Assembly (NCBI GenBank): GCA_016789705.1
Contig: JAEUQR010000141.1
Span: forward strand, 7,175-71,174
Reading direction: 5' to 3'
Source of the DNA: Acidobacteriota bacterium
GTDB lineage: Bacteria > Acidobacteriota > Vicinamibacteria > Vicinamibacterales > UBA2999
Length of the DNA: 64,000 nucleotides
How positions within the stretch are numbered: the first letter of the stretch is position 1; each line of letters opens with the position of its first letter. Both the position numbers and the translations under genes were made by a program. This document shows, one piece after another, positions 1-9,430 of the stretch. The notes under the pieces were generated by a model that was not told the DNA's origin, did no database searches, and saw nothing but the letters and a program-made list of their open reading frames with translations.

Positions 1-1156
1 TCGTGGAAGGCACGCGCGTCTTCGGATCGAGGCGCGCCGCCCACGCCGGCAGCAGGCCGTCACGGCCCATCGCAAAGAAGATCCGGGGCTGGCCGTACTG
101 GAAGACCAGCAGCACGGCGGCCATCGACACGGCCGCGCCGAGCGCCACCACCCAGCCCACCGCGGTGAAGCCGGCGATCTCGAGCGCGCGGGCGAGCGGG
201 TCGGCCACGGCGAGCTGCTGATACGGCACCATGCCGGTGAGCACCGCGCCGACGATCACGTAAATAAGCGTGCACACGGCCAGCCCGCCGAGGATGCCGA
301 TCGGCAGGTTGCGCTGCGGGTTGACCGTCTCTTCGGCGGCCGTCGAGATCGCGTCGAAGCCGATGTAGGCGAAGAAGACGATCGCCGCGCCCTGATGGAT
401 GCCGGTGAAGCCGTTCGGCGCGAACGGCTGGTAGTTGGCGGGGTTGATGCTGCCAAACCCGACCGCGAGGAACAGGCCGATCGCCAGCAGCTTCACGATC
501 ACCATCACGTTGTTGGCGCGGGCGCTTTCCTTCGCCCCGCGCATCAGCAGCCAGGTGATGAGGGCCACGATGCCGAATGCCGGCAGGTTCACGAGCACCG
601 GCAGGCCGAAGAGGCGCGGGGCGCTGTCTACGAGTCCGTGCACGGCCGGGTTCGACGACAGGGCCGCCGTGCGGTACCCGGTCGTCAGCCACACGGGCAG
701 ATCGAGCCCGAAGCCGCGCAGCAGCGTCGTGAAGTAATCACCCCACGAAATGGCCACGGCCACGTTCCCCACGGCGTACTCGAGGATGAGGTCCCAGCCG
801 ATGATCCAGGCGATGAATTCTCCGAGTGTCGCATACGCGTAGGCGTAGGCGCTGCCGGCGTGCGGGATCATCGCCGCGAGCTCGGCGTAACAGAGCGCCG
901 CCAGCGCGCAGGCGCCCCCGAGCAGCAGGAACGAGAACACCAGGGCCGGACCCGCGCCGTAGCGGATGACCGCGCCGGACGGGTCGGTCTGCCCGGCGGC
1001 CGCGGTGCCGATGGCGCCGAAGATGCCGGCGCCAATCACCGCGCCGATCGCCAGCATGATGAGATCGCCGGCGCCCAGCACGCGGCGCAGCGACTGTTCC
1101 GCGCCTTCGTGCGCTGTCAGATCCGCGATGGGCTTGCGTCGGAACACCTGTGACAT
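1..1156 (-). CDS. APC-superfamily amino acid permease (cationic amino acid transporter-like); C-terminal end cut by the window edge
   Basis: Absent from the ORF track because it runs off the window. My translation starts at the ATG on the complement of 1154-1156: MSQVFRRKPIADLTAHEGAEQSLRRVLGAGDLIMLAIGAVIGAGIFGAIGTAAAG...HAGSAYAYAYATLGEFIAWIIGWDLILEYAVGNVAVAISWGDYF. This is a typical AA_permease N-terminal signature followed by several hydrophobic helices. Third codon positions are GC-rich. Confidence 0.85.
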   Translation of the reverse strand, partial: MSQVFRRKPIADLTAHEGAEQSLRRVLGAGDLIMLAIGAVIGAGIFGAIGTAAAGQTDPSGAVIRYGAGPALVFSFLLLGGACALAALCYAELAAMIPHAGSAYAYAYATLGEFIAWIIGWDLILEYAVGNVAVAISWGDYFTTLLRGFGLDLPVWLTTGYRTAALSSNPAVHGLVDSAPRLFGLPVLVNLPAFGIVALITWLLMRGAKESARANNVMVIVKLLAIGLFLAVGFGSINPANYQPFAPNGFTGIHQGAAIVFFAYIGFDAISTAAEETVNPQRNLPIGILGGLAVCTLIYVIVGAVLTGMVPYQQLAVADPLARALEIAGFTAVGWVVALGAAVSMAAVLLVFQYGQPRIFFAMGRDGLLPAWAARLDPKTRVPST

Positions 1157-1208
1157 GCGGTTGCGCGGCGGCGGGCGTAGGTTAGTCGGCCGCGTGTTGT
1201 TGATGCAA

Positions 1209-2210
1209 TCAGGGAATCGACGGGAAGCTGTACAGCGTGTCGGCCGTGGCGGCCACGAGGTCGCCGCCCGGCAGGAACGCGACCCCCACGAGAGACGGCC
1301 CCGAGACCACCAGACGACGGCTGCCACCGGCTGGACACCGATAGATCCCGCTCACGCCGGCCAGGGCCTCCACGACGTGCAGCACGCCGTGCGCGTCGAA
1401 GCCGAGCCCCTGCGGCCGGCCGAAGGTGCGGTCCAGCACCTCCTGGCGTCCGCTCGCATCGAAGCGGTAGATCGCGTCGTGCGTGGCGAGCGTGGGTCCG
1501 GTGACGTAGAGCTGTTCGTCGGGCCCCATCGCCAGGTGATACGCGGCCACACTCGCCGGCATCGTCGCGAAGACCGTCGTGCGGAGGCCGTCGGCACTCA
1601 CGTGGTGCAGCGTGCCCGTGCGATCGCCGACGAACAGCGAGCCGTCGGGCGCGAAGGCGAGGCCACAGGCCACGCCGAGTTCACTGACGAACGGATTGGT
1701 ACGGCCGTCGTCGCCCACGCGGTAGACCACGCCGTCGTAGCGGCTCGACACGTGCAGCACGCCCGTGGGCGAGAACGCCAGACTCGTCGCGTTGACGATC
1801 CCTTCGACGAACGGCTCACGGCCGCCGTCGGCCTCGACGCGGTACACCGAGACGGGGGTGTCCTGGCCGCGCGGGCCACTGAAGGCGGCGTAGACGCGGC
1901 CCTGGGCGTCCACGGCGGGGCTGTCGACCTGATGCAGCCCCGTCGCCATCGGCATCCCGACGTGCACGAAGAGTGTTGCCCCCGGTGACCATGCGGCACG
2001 CACCGGCGTCGGGCCCGGCTCGACGACGCGCGGCACCTCCACGGCAATCCGGTCCGGCGCCGCGAAGAGCACGCGCGCCGGCGCGCCACCCACCGACACG
2101 CCGGCCTCGGCCGCCGGCACCGGCACGCCGGCACCGCGCAGCCACAGCCGCGCGCCAGCCAGCACGCCGGGCGGTTCGATGCCGGTCAGCGTCACCGCGG
2201 GAAACGTCAT
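1209..2210 (-). CDS. IPT/TIG domain plus six-bladed beta-propeller protein (NHL / SMP-30-gluconolactonase-like)
   Basis: 333-aa ORF. The N-terminus (VTLTGIEPPGVLAGARLWLRGAGV...VSVGGAPARVLFAAPDRIAVEVP) looks like IPT/TIG. The rest has repeated blades such as GVACGLAFAPDGSLFVGD, LAMGPDEQLYVT and PQGLGFDAHGVLHVV. Confidence 0.7.
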   Translation of the reverse strand: MTFPAVTLTGIEPPGVLAGARLWLRGAGVPVPAAEAGVSVGGAPARVLFAAPDRIAVEVPRVVEPGPTPVRAAWSPGATLFVHVGMPMATGLHQVDSPAVDAQGRVYAAFSGPRGQDTPVSVYRVEADGGREPFVEGIVNATSLAFSPTGVLHVSSRYDGVVYRVGDDGRTNPFVSELGVACGLAFAPDGSLFVGDRTGTLHHVSADGLRTTVFATMPASVAAYHLAMGPDEQLYVTGPTLATHDAIYRFDASGRQEVLDRTFGRPQGLGFDAHGVLHVVEALAGVSGIYRCPAGGSRRLVVSGPSLVGVAFLPGGDLVAATADTLYSFPSIP

Positions 2211-2237
2211 GGTCGGATCCTAGCGCAGCCCGGCCGT

Positions 2238-2966
2238 GTGGTCTGGTACGATTCCGCCATGACCTGCCCGGGCTGTGGCCAGCGCATGCAGAGCCTCGCG
2301 CTCGCCGGCCATTACGGCCGCACGCTGACCATTGACCTGTGTCCGGCCTGCGCGCACGTGTGGTTCGATGGACACGAGGACCTGCATCTGGCGCCGGCGG
2401 CCGTGCTGCGGCTGTTCGAGGCGATGGGCCGGGCCGCGTCCGGTACGCGGGTGGCGGTCGCGGCCAGAAAAGTCTGTCCGCGCTGCGCCACCGGCCTCAT
2501 GCGCACACACGACCGCATCCGCCAGACGCCCTACGAGTATTTCCGCTGCACGCAGGGGCACGGACGCTTCATGGGCTTCGCCGCCTTCCTGAGGGCGCGC
2601 CATTTCGTGCGCGACCTGAGCGAGGAAGAAGTGCGCACACTGCGCATCGACGCGCGCGTCATCAAGTGTGTGAACTGCGGCGCCGCCACCGACATCTCGA
2701 CGCGCTCGGCCTGCGAATACTGCCAGGCGCCGATTGCCATTCTCGACGCCGATCAGCTGGCGAAGACGATTGCCGACCTGACGGCCGCCGACGCGAAGAG
2801 CGACGACGTCGATCCCACCTGGCCGCTGCGGGCCGAGCAGGCGCGCCGACAGACCGAAGCCGCGTTCGCAGAATTGCGGCGCGGACGCGGCGCCTCGCCC
2901 GAGCACGATCTGGTGGAGGCCGGCCTGAGCCTGTTTGCCGGCGTGGTGTCGCGCCTGCTCCGCTAG
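2238..2966 (+). CDS. Zinc-ribbon protein with three CxxC...CxxC modules (TFIIB-type zf-ribbon-like)
   Basis: Cysteine modules: MTCPGCGQRM...LCPACAHVWFDGHE, then CPRCATGL...FRCTQGHGRF, then CVNCGAAT...CEYCQAPI. The start is uncertain; an alternative ATG lies at 2259 (MTCPGC). Confidence 0.6.
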   Translation: MVWYDSAMTCPGCGQRMQSLALAGHYGRTLTIDLCPACAHVWFDGHEDLHLAPAAVLRLFEAMGRAASGTRVAVAARKVCPRCATGLMRTHDRIRQTPYEYFRCTQGHGRFMGFAAFLRARHFVRDLSEEEVRTLRIDARVIKCVNCGAATDISTRSACEYCQAPIAILDADQLAKTIADLTAADAKSDDVDPTWPLRAEQARRQTEAAFAELRRGRGASPEHDLVEAGLSLFAGVVSRLLR

Positions 2967-3505
2967 GGGCTGGCGTCGTCGTCCAGCTCGAGATTCCAGT
3001 AGAGGTAGTCGCGCCAGCTCTCGGGCGTGCGGCGCAGGCCGATCGTGACACGCAGCGCCGGCACCGTGTCGGGCCGCCGCGGCGCCCGCACCAGATGCAT
3101 GCCGGCTTCCGCGGGCGTGCGTCCGCCCTTGCGCCGGTTGCAGGCGACGCAGCAGGTGACGATGTTCTCCCAGTCCTTGCGGCCGCCCTGCGAAACCGGG
3201 ATGACGTGGTCGAAGGTGAGGTCCTGCGTGGGATGGTGCCGATTGCAGTACTGGCAGCTGTGGTGATCGCGCGCGTAGATGTTGGCGCGCGAGAACGGCA
3301 CGTAGTCGAATCGTTTCTTGATGCGCACGTAGCGCAGCAGCCGGATCACCGAGGGCAGGCGCAGACTGAATGACACGGCGCGGACCTCGCGGTCGTGCGA
3401 CGCGATGATCTCTACTTTCCCCTGGCACCAGAGCGTGATGGCCTTCTGCCAATGCACGACCTTGAGGGGCTCGTAGGTGGCGTTGAGGAGGAGCGTCTGC
3501 TCCAT
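2963..3505 (-). CDS. HNH endonuclease family protein
   Basis: This is the C-terminal 180 aa of track ORF 2963..4117, starting at MEQTLLLNATYEPLKVVHW (ATG on the complement of 3503-3505). HNH core: DHHSCQYCNRHHPTQDLTFDHVIPVSQGGRKDWENIVTCCVACNRRKG. The upstream extension of the ORF is R/A/G-rich junk that overlaps the NlpC/P60 gene on the opposite strand. Confidence 0.85.
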   Translation of the reverse strand: MEQTLLLNATYEPLKVVHWQKAITLWCQGKVEIIASHDREVRAVSFSLRLPSVIRLLRYVRIKKRFDYVPFSRANIYARDHHSCQYCNRHHPTQDLTFDHVIPVSQGGRKDWENIVTCCVACNRRKGGRTPAEAGMHLVRAPRRPDTVPALRVTIGLRRTPESWRDYLYWNLELDDDASP

Positions 3506-3517
3506 GGCCTGCCCCGT

Positions 3518-3546
3518 ATTGTGGACAGGCGGCCGGCGTGTGTCAA
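3518..3546 (-). promoter_or_regulatory. Candidate sigma-70-type promoter for the HNH gene (TTGACA-N17-CACAAT)
   Basis: Read on the minus strand: TTGACA (3546-3541), a 17-nt spacer, CACAAT (3523-3518), then 12 nt to the ATG. This implies a very short leader. Sequence match only. Confidence 0.3.
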
Positions 3547-3649
3547 GATGGGCTGTCGCCCGTAAAGAGCTGCGAACGCAGGGCTTAGCAGAATCGACGC
3601 GCGGCAGGGTGCACACGACCGCACGCCGCGCCGATACAACCACCGATCG

Positions 3650-4150
3650 ATGCGGAAACTGGTGCTCGTCGTCTTCGTGGCGCTCGTCGCCTCGGCCTGT
3701 GCCTCGGGCGGCGGTGTGCCGCGGCCGGGCCTGCCGGGCAGCGCGCCGGCGAACGGGCGCACCACCGACACCGAGGCCGACGCCCTCGGCCACCGCGTCG
3801 TCGCCACCGCGCTCGACCTGCGCGGCGTGCCATATCGCAACGGCGGCACCGACGCGCGCGGCTTCGACTGCAGCGGCCTTGTGGCCTACGTCTTCCGGCA
3901 ATACGGCGTGAGCGTGCCACGACAGACGAGCGCCCAGTTCGAGGTGGGACGCGGAGTGAAGCGGGACGAGATCCAGCCGGGCGACCTCTTGTTCTTCTCC
4001 ACCGTCGCACCGGGCGCCTCGCACGTCGGCATCGCGATCGACGACGACGAGTTCGTGCACGCGCCGAGCAGCCGCGGCGTGGTGCGGGTGGAACGCCTGA
4101 CCCTGCCCTACTGGCAACGCCGCTTCGTGGGCGCGCGCCGGGTGCGCTGA
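3650..4150 (+). CDS. NlpC/P60 family cell-wall peptidase lipoprotein
   Basis: Signal and lipobox: MRKLVLVVFVALVASAC. NlpC/P60 catalytic core: GFDCSGLVAYVF ... ASHVGIAIDDDEFVHAPS. Confidence 0.9.
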   Translation: MRKLVLVVFVALVASACASGGGVPRPGLPGSAPANGRTTDTEADALGHRVVATALDLRGVPYRNGGTDARGFDCSGLVAYVFRQYGVSVPRQTSAQFEVGRGVKRDEIQPGDLLFFSTVAPGASHVGIAIDDDEFVHAPSSRGVVRVERLTLPYWQRRFVGARRVR

Positions 4151-4151
4151 T

Positions 4152-4934
4152 CTACGAGGGCGGCGGGGCTGGAGGCGGCGCGGCTACCGCGGGTGCGGGC
4201 GCGGCAGGTGCCGGCGCGGGCGCCTCGGCCGGCGGCGTCGCGCGTCCCATGCGGCCGAGGATGATCTGCTGGCGCCGCAGCAGCCGCCGGGTCGGCTTCG
4301 CCGGGCTGTGCACGCGGGGATTGATGATCGCGCCGGCCAACATCGCGGCCTCGGCCGGGCCGAGATCGGCGGCGCTCTTGCCGAAATAGGCGCGAGCCGC
4401 CGCCTCGCAGCCGAAGATGCCGTCGCCCCACTCGATCGAGTTCAGGTAGATCTCGAAAATCCGCCGCTTGCTGAGCGCGGTCTCGAGGCGCCGCGTGATG
4501 ATGAGCTCCTTGAGCTTGCGGGTGGGGTTGCGCGACTCCGACAGGTACAGGTTCTTCGCCAGTTGCTGCGTGATCGTGCTCGCGCCGCGCATCGCGCCGC
4601 CCTCTTCGAGGCTGTCTTCGATCGACTCGCGGATCTGCTGGTAGTCCAGGCCCTCGTGCTCGAAGAACGCGCTGTCCTCGGCCACGATGACCGCCCGCTT
4701 GAGGTGGTTCGAAATGCGGTTGTAGGGCACCCAGCGGCGGCGCAGCGTGAAGCTCTTCCCGGCGTCGTGGGCTTCGTCGCGCCGGATCTCGATGAAGGCC
4801 GTGGTCTCGGGGTTGGTCGTGGCGAGCACCCGTACGTCGGGCAGCGTCAGGTACATCCACGCGAGATACGCGAAGCCCACGCCGAGGGCGCCGACCAACC
4901 AGCGTGACCAGGCAAAGCGGGAACGGCGCGCCAT
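4152..4934 (-). CDS. mtgA: Monofunctional biosynthetic peptidoglycan transglycosylase (GT51)
   Basis: N-terminal membrane anchor. GT51 motifs: AVIVAEDSAFFEHEGLD, GASTITQQLAKNLYL, RKLKELIITRRLE, RIFEIYLNSIEWG. Confidence 0.9.
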   Translation of the reverse strand: MARRSRFAWSRWLVGALGVGFAYLAWMYLTLPDVRVLATTNPETTAFIEIRRDEAHDAGKSFTLRRRWVPYNRISNHLKRAVIVAEDSAFFEHEGLDYQQIRESIEDSLEEGGAMRGASTITQQLAKNLYLSESRNPTRKLKELIITRRLETALSKRRIFEIYLNSIEWGDGIFGCEAAARAYFGKSAADLGPAEAAMLAGAIINPRVHSPAKPTRRLLRRQQIILGRMGRATPPAEAPAPAPAAPAPAVAAPPPAPPPS

Positions 4935-4967
4935 CGGCGCTCGATTATAGAGCCCGCCGGAGGCGCG

Positions 4968-6443
4968 TCAGCCTTCGACCACGATCTTGAGACGCGTGCC
5001 CGCGGCGGGCTGCGTGTTCACGGCGTGGCCGTTCATCAGTGCCAGGCGCGTGGCCGGGACGAGGCCGCGACCGGCGCGCTGCGCGATGCCCTGCCAGGTA
5101 TCGCCGGGCTTCGCCGTGTAGAGCGCGACGCGATTCGGCCGGATGCGCGACGCCTCGGCGCCCGACAGTTCGCGGAACGATCGCACGGCCGCGGCGAACT
5201 CCGCGTCGACGCGCGCGAAGTCAGCCTCCGGCGCCACACCTGCCACCATGTAGACCTGGCGCCCGGCCCGGATGTGCGCGGCGCGGATGCGCACGGCCCC
5301 GACCTGGCGCGCCTTGCCACGGTAGAGGCCCACGAAGGCGTCTCGTCCGCTCACGGTGTCGAGGGCGCCGTGTTCGAACGTGAAGCCAAGACCGCGCATG
5401 TGTTTCCTGGCGCCGTCGTCGAGCGCCACGCCGTTCGCGTCGGAGGCCGCGCGCATCAGCATGAGCACCTGCTCGCCCTCGAGCTGCGCGACGACCTGCT
5501 CGCTCGAGTTCTGCACGTCCCAGCCCTCCGGGAAGTCCACTGCGATACGCAGATCCGGATGCAGGAAGCGATGCGCCTGCACGACACCTTCGGCAGGGTC
5601 GTCGCCATAGGCGAGCCCGTCGATACGGCGCAGGAACTCATCGCGATTCCGGTCACGCGCCCCCTCGCTCCGGCTGGCTGCGACTGGCGCGGCTTTCACC
5701 ACGCGCGAGCCGGGGTCCGGATGTGTGGAGAGCCAGTTGGGCACACCCCGCACGCTCATCGCGTCGAGGCGCGACAGCGTGGTCAGGAACCGCGGCACGC
5801 TCTCGGGATCCCAGCCCGCCCTGGACGCGTACTCCACCCCCAGCCGGTCGGACTCGAGCTCGTCGTCGCGCCCGTACTTCAGGAAGAGGGTGCCGAGCCC
5901 GGCGGATGCCAGGTCGCTGAACGGCGCGACGCCCGGCACGAAGATGCTCGCAAGCAGCACGCCGATCGAGCCGCCGGTGCTGCGTGTGAGCTGCTGCGAG
6001 GCATGGCGTGCGGTGACGTGCCCGATTTCGTGGCCGAGCACACCGGCCAGCTCCGATTCGTCGCCGAGGTGCGCCAGCAGGCCGCGCGTGACGTAGATGT
6101 AGCCGCCGGGCAGCGCGAAGGCGTTCACGGCCGGCACGTCCACGACCGTGAACGTCCACGGCAGCGTGGGGCGATGCGACACGGCGGCGAGGCGTTCGCC
6201 GACGCCGGTCACGTAGCGCTGCAGCTCTTCGTCGTGATACACGCCCATCTCGCGGCGGATCTCGGCGTCGCCGCGCTGACCGATGGCGATCTCTTCCGCT
6301 TCACTGAGGAACGACACCTCACGCCGGCCGGTGACCGGATTCGACGCGCATGCGGCGGAGGCGACAAGCGCCAGCGCCGCAAGGCCCGCGGCCAGATGAC
6401 GAGGAACGGACAGGACCCGACAGGTGGCGGTGCGCGGCATCAC
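4968..6443 (-). CDS. M48 family zinc metallopeptidase lipoprotein with C-terminal LysM domain
   Basis: Lipobox LVASAAC. HExxH site: GVLGHEIGHVTARH. The C-terminus YTAKPGDTWQGIAQR...NGHAVNTQPAAGTRLKIV is LysM-like. Confidence 0.85.
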   Translation of the reverse strand: MMPRTATCRVLSVPRHLAAGLAALALVASAACASNPVTGRREVSFLSEAEEIAIGQRGDAEIRREMGVYHDEELQRYVTGVGERLAAVSHRPTLPWTFTVVDVPAVNAFALPGGYIYVTRGLLAHLGDESELAGVLGHEIGHVTARHASQQLTRSTGGSIGVLLASIFVPGVAPFSDLASAGLGTLFLKYGRDDELESDRLGVEYASRAGWDPESVPRFLTTLSRLDAMSVRGVPNWLSTHPDPGSRVVKAAPVAASRSEGARDRNRDEFLRRIDGLAYGDDPAEGVVQAHRFLHPDLRIAVDFPEGWDVQNSSEQVVAQLEGEQVLMLMRAASDANGVALDDGARKHMRGLGFTFEHGALDTVSGRDAFVGLYRGKARQVGAVRIRAAHIRAGRQVYMVAGVAPEADFARVDAEFAAAVRSFRELSGAEASRIRPNRVALYTAKPGDTWQGIAQRAGRGLVPATRLALMNGHAVNTQPAAGTRLKIVVEG

Positions 6444-6587
6444 CTCAGCCTCCGCCGGGTCACGGCTGCAACTGCTGTACCACGCAGGACACGGGCAGGC
6501 GGTCAGCCGGAGCGCCGGAATCCATGGAAATCCGCACCGCCACGACAGCGGGCGCGCGACACGGTGTCGCCCGAAGGGGGCACCGGC

Positions 6588-7514
6588 TCAGGTCGTCGCC
6601 GGATCGGCGTCGAGCGGCGCCGGCTGCAGCAGCGGCACGCCCAGGTCGGTCAGCGTCCGGCGCAGCCCCTCGACAACGGCGCGCGGCGCCGGGCCGAGCG
6701 GCGCCCGCGGCAGCCCGCCGTCGAAGCCCATCAGATCCAGCGCGGCCTTGAGCGCCGGCACGCCGTGCAGGCCGCCAATCGTCCGCGCGAGGGGCGTCAG
6801 CCGACGCTGGATCGCGCGTGCTTCCAGGATGCGGCCGGCCCGCACGTGGTCGTGGATGTCGGCGCACAAATCCGGAACCACGCCGGCCAGCGCGATGACG
6901 GCACCTTCCGCACCGGCCACCAGCCCGGAAAAATAGGTCACGCCGCTGCCGGCCAGCACGAAGAACTCCGGCCCCGAGCGCGCGATGTAATCGGCCAGCA
7001 GGCTCGCTTCACTGCCCGATTCCTTCATGCCGACGATGTTCGGATGTTCGGCGAGCAGGCCGACGGCGTCGGGCGGCAGCGTGACGCCGGTGTACATCGT
7101 GACGTTGTAGAGCAGCACCGGCACGGGGCTCGCTTCGGCCACGGCGACGTAGTGACGCACGTAGACGTCGCTCGTCATCATGTTCTTGAAGAACGACGGC
7201 GTGCGCACGAGCACCGCATCCGCGCCGGCCCGCGCCGCGCGCACGCAGGCGGCAATCGTCGCCTTGGTGGATTCGGCCCCGGTACCGGCGATGAGCGGCC
7301 GTGAGGCCGGCATGGCCGAGCGGGCCGCCACGATGACTCGCTCTGCCTCCGAGTCGTCGAGCAGCACCGCCTCGCCATTCGAGCCGAGCACGACGAGCCC
7401 GGTCAGACGCGTCTGCATGTAGCGTTCGACATTGCGGCGAATCGCCGCGTCATCGACCGTGTCGTTGCGGAAGGGGGTGACGATCGGCGTGTACAGGCCG
7501 GACAGCGCGGGCAT
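6588..7514 (-). CDS. Dihydrodipicolinate synthase / N-acetylneuraminate lyase family (class I aldolase)
   Basis: LYTPIVTPF...GLVVLGSNGE...AGTG...; Schiff-base lysine context NIVGMKESG. The substrate cannot be assigned from sequence. Confidence 0.8.
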   Translation of the reverse strand: MPALSGLYTPIVTPFRNDTVDDAAIRRNVERYMQTRLTGLVVLGSNGEAVLLDDSEAERVIVAARSAMPASRPLIAGTGAESTKATIAACVRAARAGADAVLVRTPSFFKNMMTSDVYVRHYVAVAEASPVPVLLYNVTMYTGVTLPPDAVGLLAEHPNIVGMKESGSEASLLADYIARSGPEFFVLAGSGVTYFSGLVAGAEGAVIALAGVVPDLCADIHDHVRAGRILEARAIQRRLTPLARTIGGLHGVPALKAALDLMGFDGGLPRAPLGPAPRAVVEGLRRTLTDLGVPLLQPAPLDADPATT

Positions 7515-7523
7515 GGTCCGAGT

Positions 7524-8468
7524 TTATCCCGAGCGCGCGGCGTCGGGCGTGTGCCGCTCACGGGCCGGCTCGAGCAGCACGTTCGTGACGAGCACCACGA
7601 GGAACATGGCGAGCGCCGGCGCCAGCGTCCACGGGGCCCGCGTCATCGCCGAGATCGTGGCGGCATCACTGAGCGCCGTGCCCCAGCTCGGCACGCCGTC
7701 GGGGAAACCGAGCCCGACGTACGACAGCGTGGCTTCGGCGAGCACGAACATCGGCACGAGCAGGGCCGTCTGCACCGCGAGATAGCCGTGGCAGGCCGGC
7801 AGCAGGTGCCGCGTCATCACACGCCAGCGCGAGGCGCCGAGCGCGACGGCGGCCAGCACGTGTTCCTGCCGCGCCTCCGCGCGCACGATCGCCCAGACCC
7901 CGCGGGCGATCCGCGGCCAGCCGAGCAGCACGAAGATCGCGGCCAGCACGCCGACGATGACCGGCAGCGGCAGCACGAGTGGCAGCGCGGCCCGCAGGGC
8001 CACGACGACATAGAGCACCGGCAGCACCATCAGCACGTCGCCCGTCTTGAGCACGAGGCGCTCGACGAGACCACCGGCCAGGCCGGCCCAGCTCCCGAGC
8101 AGCGCCCCGAGGAGCAGCGTGCCGGCCGTGGCGACGAGCGCGAGCCCGAGTGAGGCACGCGCGCCGTGCAGCGTGCGCGAGAGGACGTCGCGCCCGAGAC
8201 GGTCGGCGCCGAGCAGCAACACGGGCGTGGCCGCAGGTGTCGTCCACGGCAGACCGGCCCGCTGCGACGGGTCTTCGGCGAACGTCTGCTCGAGGCGATC
8301 GAGGGGTCGCAGCGGCACGGTGTAGAGGCCACGACCATCGAGGTGCAGCGGCATGGGCGGCGCGTGCAGATGGTCGTCGAACCGCGTCACGGGGCCATAG
8401 GGCGCCACGAGCGGCCCGGCCACGGCCACCGCGACGAGCACGGCCACGAGCATGAGGGCGCGCCTCAT
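7524..8468 (-). CDS. ABC transporter permease, DppC/OppC-like
   Basis: Real start at MRRALMLVAVLVAVAV (ATG on the complement of 8466-8468). It overlaps the upstream stop in ATGA. Binding-protein-dependent permease pattern: ...SYVGLGFPDGVPSWGTAL. The longer 400-aa track ORF has an R-rich N-terminal extension that overlaps the upstream gene. Confidence 0.85.
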   Translation of the reverse strand: MRRALMLVAVLVAVAVAGPLVAPYGPVTRFDDHLHAPPMPLHLDGRGLYTVPLRPLDRLEQTFAEDPSQRAGLPWTTPAATPVLLLGADRLGRDVLSRTLHGARASLGLALVATAGTLLLGALLGSWAGLAGGLVERLVLKTGDVLMVLPVLYVVVALRAALPLVLPLPVIVGVLAAIFVLLGWPRIARGVWAIVRAEARQEHVLAAVALGASRWRVMTRHLLPACHGYLAVQTALLVPMFVLAEATLSYVGLGFPDGVPSWGTALSDAATISAMTRAPWTLAPALAMFLVVLVTNVLLEPARERHTPDAARSG

Positions 8469-9427
8469 TCGATGCGCCCCTCCAGCACGCGCGGGTCGAG
8501 CGCGGCATGCGCGATGTCGGCCAGTGTCGTGCCGGCGGCGAGCGACACGGCGCCGAGGGCGCCGCAGCCCGCCACGAGCCAGACATCGCGGGCACTGAGG
8601 GCGTCGAATAGCAGCCGTCCGAGTCCGGGCCACGCCGTCACGATCTCGACCACGAAGCTGCCGCTGAAAAGCGCGCCCACGAGCACGCCGTAGGTGCCGA
8701 GCACCGGCGCCAGCGACACCGGCCACGCATGCACCCGCGCGGCGGCGTCGGCGTCGAGGCCACGGGCGCGGCTCGCGGCCACGAACGAGCGCCCGAGCGT
8801 GTCGGCCATGGCGCGTGCCTGCAGACGTTCAAGCGTGGCGGCGAGCGGCAGCGCGAGCGCCAGCGTGGGCACCGGCAGGTGCCGCAGCAGATCGACGAAC
8901 CACGCGGCCCCCGTGAGGCCGCCTGACGTGATGCCGCCTGCCGGCAGCCAGCCGGTGCGGGCGGCGATGAACACGAGCAGGAGCGCGCTCAAGAGCGGCG
9001 GCACCGACAGCACGGCCAGCGACAGCGCGCGCACGACGCGCGACAAGCTGCCCTGGGTCGAACCGGCCAGCCGCCCGAGCGGCAGCCCGATGCCGGTCGC
9101 CACGACGAGCGCCGCCAGCGCGAGCAGCGCCGTGTTCGCGGCGCGCTCGCCCACGAGGTCGGTCACCGGGCGGCGGTACAGCGAGGACCGGCCCATGTCC
9201 AGGCGCAGCAGTCCACCGAGCCAGTGCGCGTACTGGGTCAGGAAGGGCCGGTCGAGTCCGAGCTCGGCGCGCAGCGCCGCGACCTCCTCCGGCGAACGCT
9301 GCAGGCGATCTTCGAGGGCGGGATCGCCCGGCACCAGGCGCGCCAGCAGCAGCGTGAGCGACGCGACGACCAGGGCGAAGATCGCCCCGCTCACGACGCG
9401 ACGCACGGCAAAACGCGCGAGCGACAT
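8465..9427 (-). CDS. ABC transporter permease, DppB/OppB-like
   Basis: MSLARFAVRRVVSGAIFALVVASLTLLLARLVPGDP...; typical DppB N-terminus and six hydrophobic segments. Confidence 0.85.
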   Translation of the reverse strand: MSLARFAVRRVVSGAIFALVVASLTLLLARLVPGDPALEDRLQRSPEEVAALRAELGLDRPFLTQYAHWLGGLLRLDMGRSSLYRRPVTDLVGERAANTALLALAALVVATGIGLPLGRLAGSTQGSLSRVVRALSLAVLSVPPLLSALLLVFIAARTGWLPAGGITSGGLTGAAWFVDLLRHLPVPTLALALPLAATLERLQARAMADTLGRSFVAASRARGLDADAAARVHAWPVSLAPVLGTYGVLVGALFSGSFVVEIVTAWPGLGRLLFDALSARDVWLVAGCGALGAVSLAAGTTLADIAHAALDPRVLEGRIE

Positions 9428-9430
9428 CGA

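Noticed and set aside
6559-6582. Possible hairpin (GGTGTCGCCCGAAGGGGGCACC) downstream of the DapA-family gene.
   Set aside because: My hand pairing gives a short interrupted stem with a mismatch and a wobble pair. I cannot distinguish it from background GC self-complementarity.
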